From Caecitellus pseudoparvulus (lineage: Eukaryota > Protista > Bigyra: Bicosoecida): a DNA stretch of 64,000 nt. Shown one piece after another: positions 61,330-64,000 of this stretch; the stretch's first letter is position 1; each line of letters opens with the position of its first letter. The stretch covers positions 186,001 to 250,000 of the forward strand of contig CBFFRQ010000018.1 in NCBI GenBank assembly GCA_965644315.1, read 5' to 3'. The notes beneath the pieces are model-generated. The model was not told the DNA's origin and ran no database searches. It saw nothing but the letters and a program-made list of their open reading frames with translations. Both the position numbers and the translations under genes were made by a program.

Positions 61330-62455
61330 ATGGTCAAGTCTCCTCCAGGGACACCCGATATGGGTTTCCTCTTTGTCTTCTCTCTCGTCGGCATCGTGTT
61401 GTGCGTGTGTGTGCTGCTGTGGGGAATGGGTTCGTCACCCAAGCAGATGCTGGATGCCTGGATTCGGCAACTGCAACAAGCACTGCAAGCACATCAGAAC
61501 GCGGCAGGGCTCCGGCAAGGTGGGCTGCCGCGTGAGCTTGATGGTGAGTTGGCGTTGCGACGGAAGGAGTGGCGTGGGCAGCGTCGAAACGTGGGAGAAA
61601 CGCTGCTGCCCACCCCTGTTGACCACAGGCACGAGCAGCGATGAGGAAGACAGCGAGCAGGATGGTGTGCATGCAGAGGAATCTGATGATGACTCTGACG
61701 ACGATGATGGTGCAGGCGGTGCCATTCGAAGGTGAGAGCTGTTAGCGCGGAAAGTGCCTTGCGCACGCAGCACTCGTCGAGGTGACAACACACCCTCCCT
61801 GTGCCGGCCCAGACGAGGAACTGCACGCAACCACGAGCACGTGGCCCGAAAGAGGCGAGAACGACAAGCTCGGAGGGAGGCCCGCGAGGCCCAGCGCGCC
61901 GCAGTCAAGGCCCGCGCAGCTGCCGCAGCAGAAGCCAGGCAGCGGCGAGCGGAGGAGGCCGAGTCAGCACTTGCTGCGCGAGGCGTGGACGTGACCGGCG
62001 ACACGCTGTGGAAGCAAAAGGTGCAGGAGGCAGAGGCTGCCCGTGCAGCGTCTGGTGCAGACGAAGCCGCCCGCCGGGCGCGCATGCTGGATGTGCTCAG
62101 CCGGGCGCCAGGGCGGGCTGCGTTGCTGCTCGGCCTGCGGCGCACAGGGCCAGTGGCACTGGCGCGGGTCGCAGCAGCATGCTCAGTCCACGACGACGAC
62201 GTTCTTGGCGTTCTTGAAGCCATGCGCAGGGAAGGCGTGGCGGCTGTCGTGGTGAGCGCCGACGGCACAGTGCAGTGTGTAGCCGATGAAGTACTTGACG
62301 CGATTGCTGCGGCAGTGCGCGAACGTGGTGCATTGACGGCTGATGCAGCCGCAGGCATCGCCAACGCCGCCGCCGAGGCAGTCGACCATAGCGTACAGGA
62401 AAGTGTGCTTGAAGGGCTGGCTGCAGAGATTCTCGAAGCGGGGGGCGCCCGCTGA
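61330..62455 (+). CDS. DDRGK1/UFBP1-like ER membrane protein (divergent)
   Basis: N-terminal TM helix, acidic tract, R/E/A coiled coil and a winged-helix-like end (VALARVAAACSV..EGVAAVVVSADGTVQCVADEVLDAIAAAVRERGALT). Introns 61532 (or 61520)-61628 and 61732-61812. Confidence 0.7.
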
Positions 62456-62474
62456 GCGCCGCGCCAATGCACGA

Positions 62475-64000
62475 TCACTGCTTGGCCAGCCACGCGACGG
62501 CAGAGCCGACGTCTCGCAGCGGCACTTGCCGCACTTCTTTGCCGACGCCGTTGCCCCGCGAGCCAGAGTGCGGCAGCAATACCTGCTGCATGCCAACCCG
62601 TGCCGCAGAATTGCACCGCAGTGGCAGCCCAGCAACCGGGCGCAGTTCGCCACTGAGACCCACCTCCCCCACACAGGCTGTGCCGACGGGAATGGAGGCG
62701 TCGTTGATAGAAGAGGCCACTGCCATGGCAATGGCCAGGTCTGCAGCTGGGTCTGAGATCCGCACGCCCCCCACGACGTTCACGTGCACGTCACACTTGC
62801 GCAGGTTCAGGCGCCCATGGCGCTGCAGCACCGCTAGCAGCATGTGCAGGCGGTCCAACCCGACGCCAGTCGCACGGTGGCGGGGGTATTCAAAGGACGT
62901 CGGCGTCACAAGGGCCTGCACCTCCACGGGCAGTGGCCGCGACCCTTCCATGGCCACGGCCACAGCCGAGCCTGGTGGCCAACTGCTGCCCGGCCCGGCG
63001 TCCCCTGCCGCAGAGCTCAGGAACAGCCCTTCCGCCTCCTCCACAGACCGCAAGCCGCCGTCCCCCATCTCCAGCACCGCCACCTCTGCCGTGCTGCCAA
63101 AACGGTTCTTGCCCGACCGCAGCAGGCGGTGGTGGTGCCCCGCCTCGCCCTCCACATACAGCACGGCGTCCACGAGGTGCTCCAGGACACGGGGGCCCGC
63201 CAGCTCCCCCGCCTTGGTGATGTGCCCCGTCAGGATGACAGGCACGCCGTTGGCCTTGGCGAACTGCAGCAGGCGCAGGGCGCAGTCCCTCACCTGCACC
63301 ACGGAGCCGGCGGCTGCCGCCACCTCCTCCAGAAACATCGTCTGGATGGAGTCCACGATGACGGCTGCAAGGGGCAGGGGGGACACAGTCAGCAGGTCCT
63401 GCAGGCCCTGCAGAATGGTCTCCAAGTTCGTCTCGTTCATGACCAGGGTGCCCCCTGCCGGCAGGCCAAGTCGAGCTGCACGCGCCTTCAACTGCCCAGC
63501 ACTCTCCTCCCCAGAAACATACGCCACAGCAGCGGTGGGTTCAACTGGCTCCCCTGCGCCTGCTGATGGCGCTGCCCCCTTTGCTGTGGGTGCCAAGGAC
63601 GCCTGGCCAGTGGACAACTCGGCAGCGAGCTGCAGCAGCAAGGTGGACTTGCCAATGCCAGGCGCACCGCCCAGCAGCACGATGGACCCCCTCATCAGCC
63701 CGCCGCCCAGAACACGGTTGATTTCGGGGCAGCACAGCTGCACCCGGTCGCCCCCCACGTCTTGTGTGTCGGACAGCAGGGAAAAGCCAGGAGCTGCGGA
63801 AAGGTCACCCTGGCCAGCCTTCCACACACCCTGCCGCGCGGCGCTGGAGTCCCGAGCAGCCTTCATGGAGGTGCGTGAGGACGAAGGGGCAACTGACGCA
63901 GGGGTGAACTGTTTCAGCGTGTTCCACTCCTTGCACGCGAAGCACTGCCCCGACCACTTAGCGTGCTCGGCGCCACACTGGTCACAAACAAACACTGCCT
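62475..64000 (-). CDS. radA: DNA repair protein RadA/Sms (bacterial type), 5'-partial
   Basis: C4 zinc finger CDQCG..WSGQCFACKEWNT, Walker A GAPGIGKST, YVSGEES, DSIQT, GHITK, LEHLVD, KNRFG and a Lon-like C-terminus (GEVGLSGELRPV). Confidence 0.95.
   Translation of the reverse strand, partial: AVFVCDQCGAEHAKWSGQCFACKEWNTLKQFTPASVAPSSSRTSMKAARDSSAARQGVWKAGQGDLSAAPGFSLLSDTQDVGGDRVQLCCPEINRVLGGGLMRGSIVLLGGAPGIGKSTLLLQLAAELSTGQASLAPTAKGAAPSAGAGEPVEPTAAVAYVSGEESAGQLKARAARLGLPAGGTLVMNETNLETILQGLQDLLTVSPLPLAAVIVDSIQTMFLEEVAAAAGSVVQVRDCALRLLQFAKANGVPVILTGHITKAGELAGPRVLEHLVDAVLYVEGEAGHHHRLLRSGKNRFGSTAEVAVLEMGDGGLRSVEEAEGLFLSSAAGDAGPGSSWPPGSAVAVAMEGSRPLPVEVQALVTPTSFEYPRHRATGVGLDRLHMLLAVLQRHGRLNLRKCDVHVNVVGGVRISDPAADLAIAMAVASSINDASIPVGTACVGEVGLSGELRPVAGLPLRCNSAARVGMQQVLLPHSGSRGNGVGKEVRQVPLRDVGSAVAWLAKQ

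Noticed and set aside
62475-64000. Bacterial contamination or chimeric join at radA
   Set aside because: Composition and low-complexity inserts match the neighbouring genes, and it is tightly packed against an intron-containing gene.

Overview
GC-rich, very gene-dense eukaryotic nuclear DNA. About 20 protein-coding genes can be reconstructed by hand, most with short GT-AG introns (mostly 60-100 bp; donors mainly GTGCGT/GTGAG) concentrated near their 5' ends. In order: a STELLO/DUF288-type glycosyltransferase (5'-truncated), an O-fucosyltransferase-like GT, a CPVL-like S10 carboxypeptidase, a VAT1-like oxidoreductase, a secreted mucin/TSP1/laminin-IV-like protein, a dual-specificity phosphatase, an EH-PX-BAR sorting nexin (SNX8/Mvp1-like), an NHE Na+/H+ exchanger, FOR20/CEP20, CCDC148-like, COX19, a ~6,200-aa BEACH protein, ribosomal protein eL41 (missed by the ORF track), an ABHD8-like hydrolase, ATG16, CFAP70, NPRL3, a RING protein, LDAH-like, a divergent DDRGK1-like protein and a bacterial-type RadA/Sms (5'-truncated). 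The ciliary genes imply a flagellated protist; a stramenopile such as a bicosoecid is a guess, not shown. No rRNA, tRNA, CRISPR array or intact transposon was seen, and I found no clearly demonstrable new multi-gene system. The best leads are: a 92-bp duplicate of the NPRL3 3' end whose substitutions are mostly silent in the antisense frame; length-matched G-run/C-run hairpins in the CFAP70 CDS; the probable 466-bp eL41 leader intron whose donor forms an ATG-TGA start-stop; the giant BEACH exon; and a DDRGK1 lacking its DDRGK motif. All family calls come from remembered motifs, not database searches.
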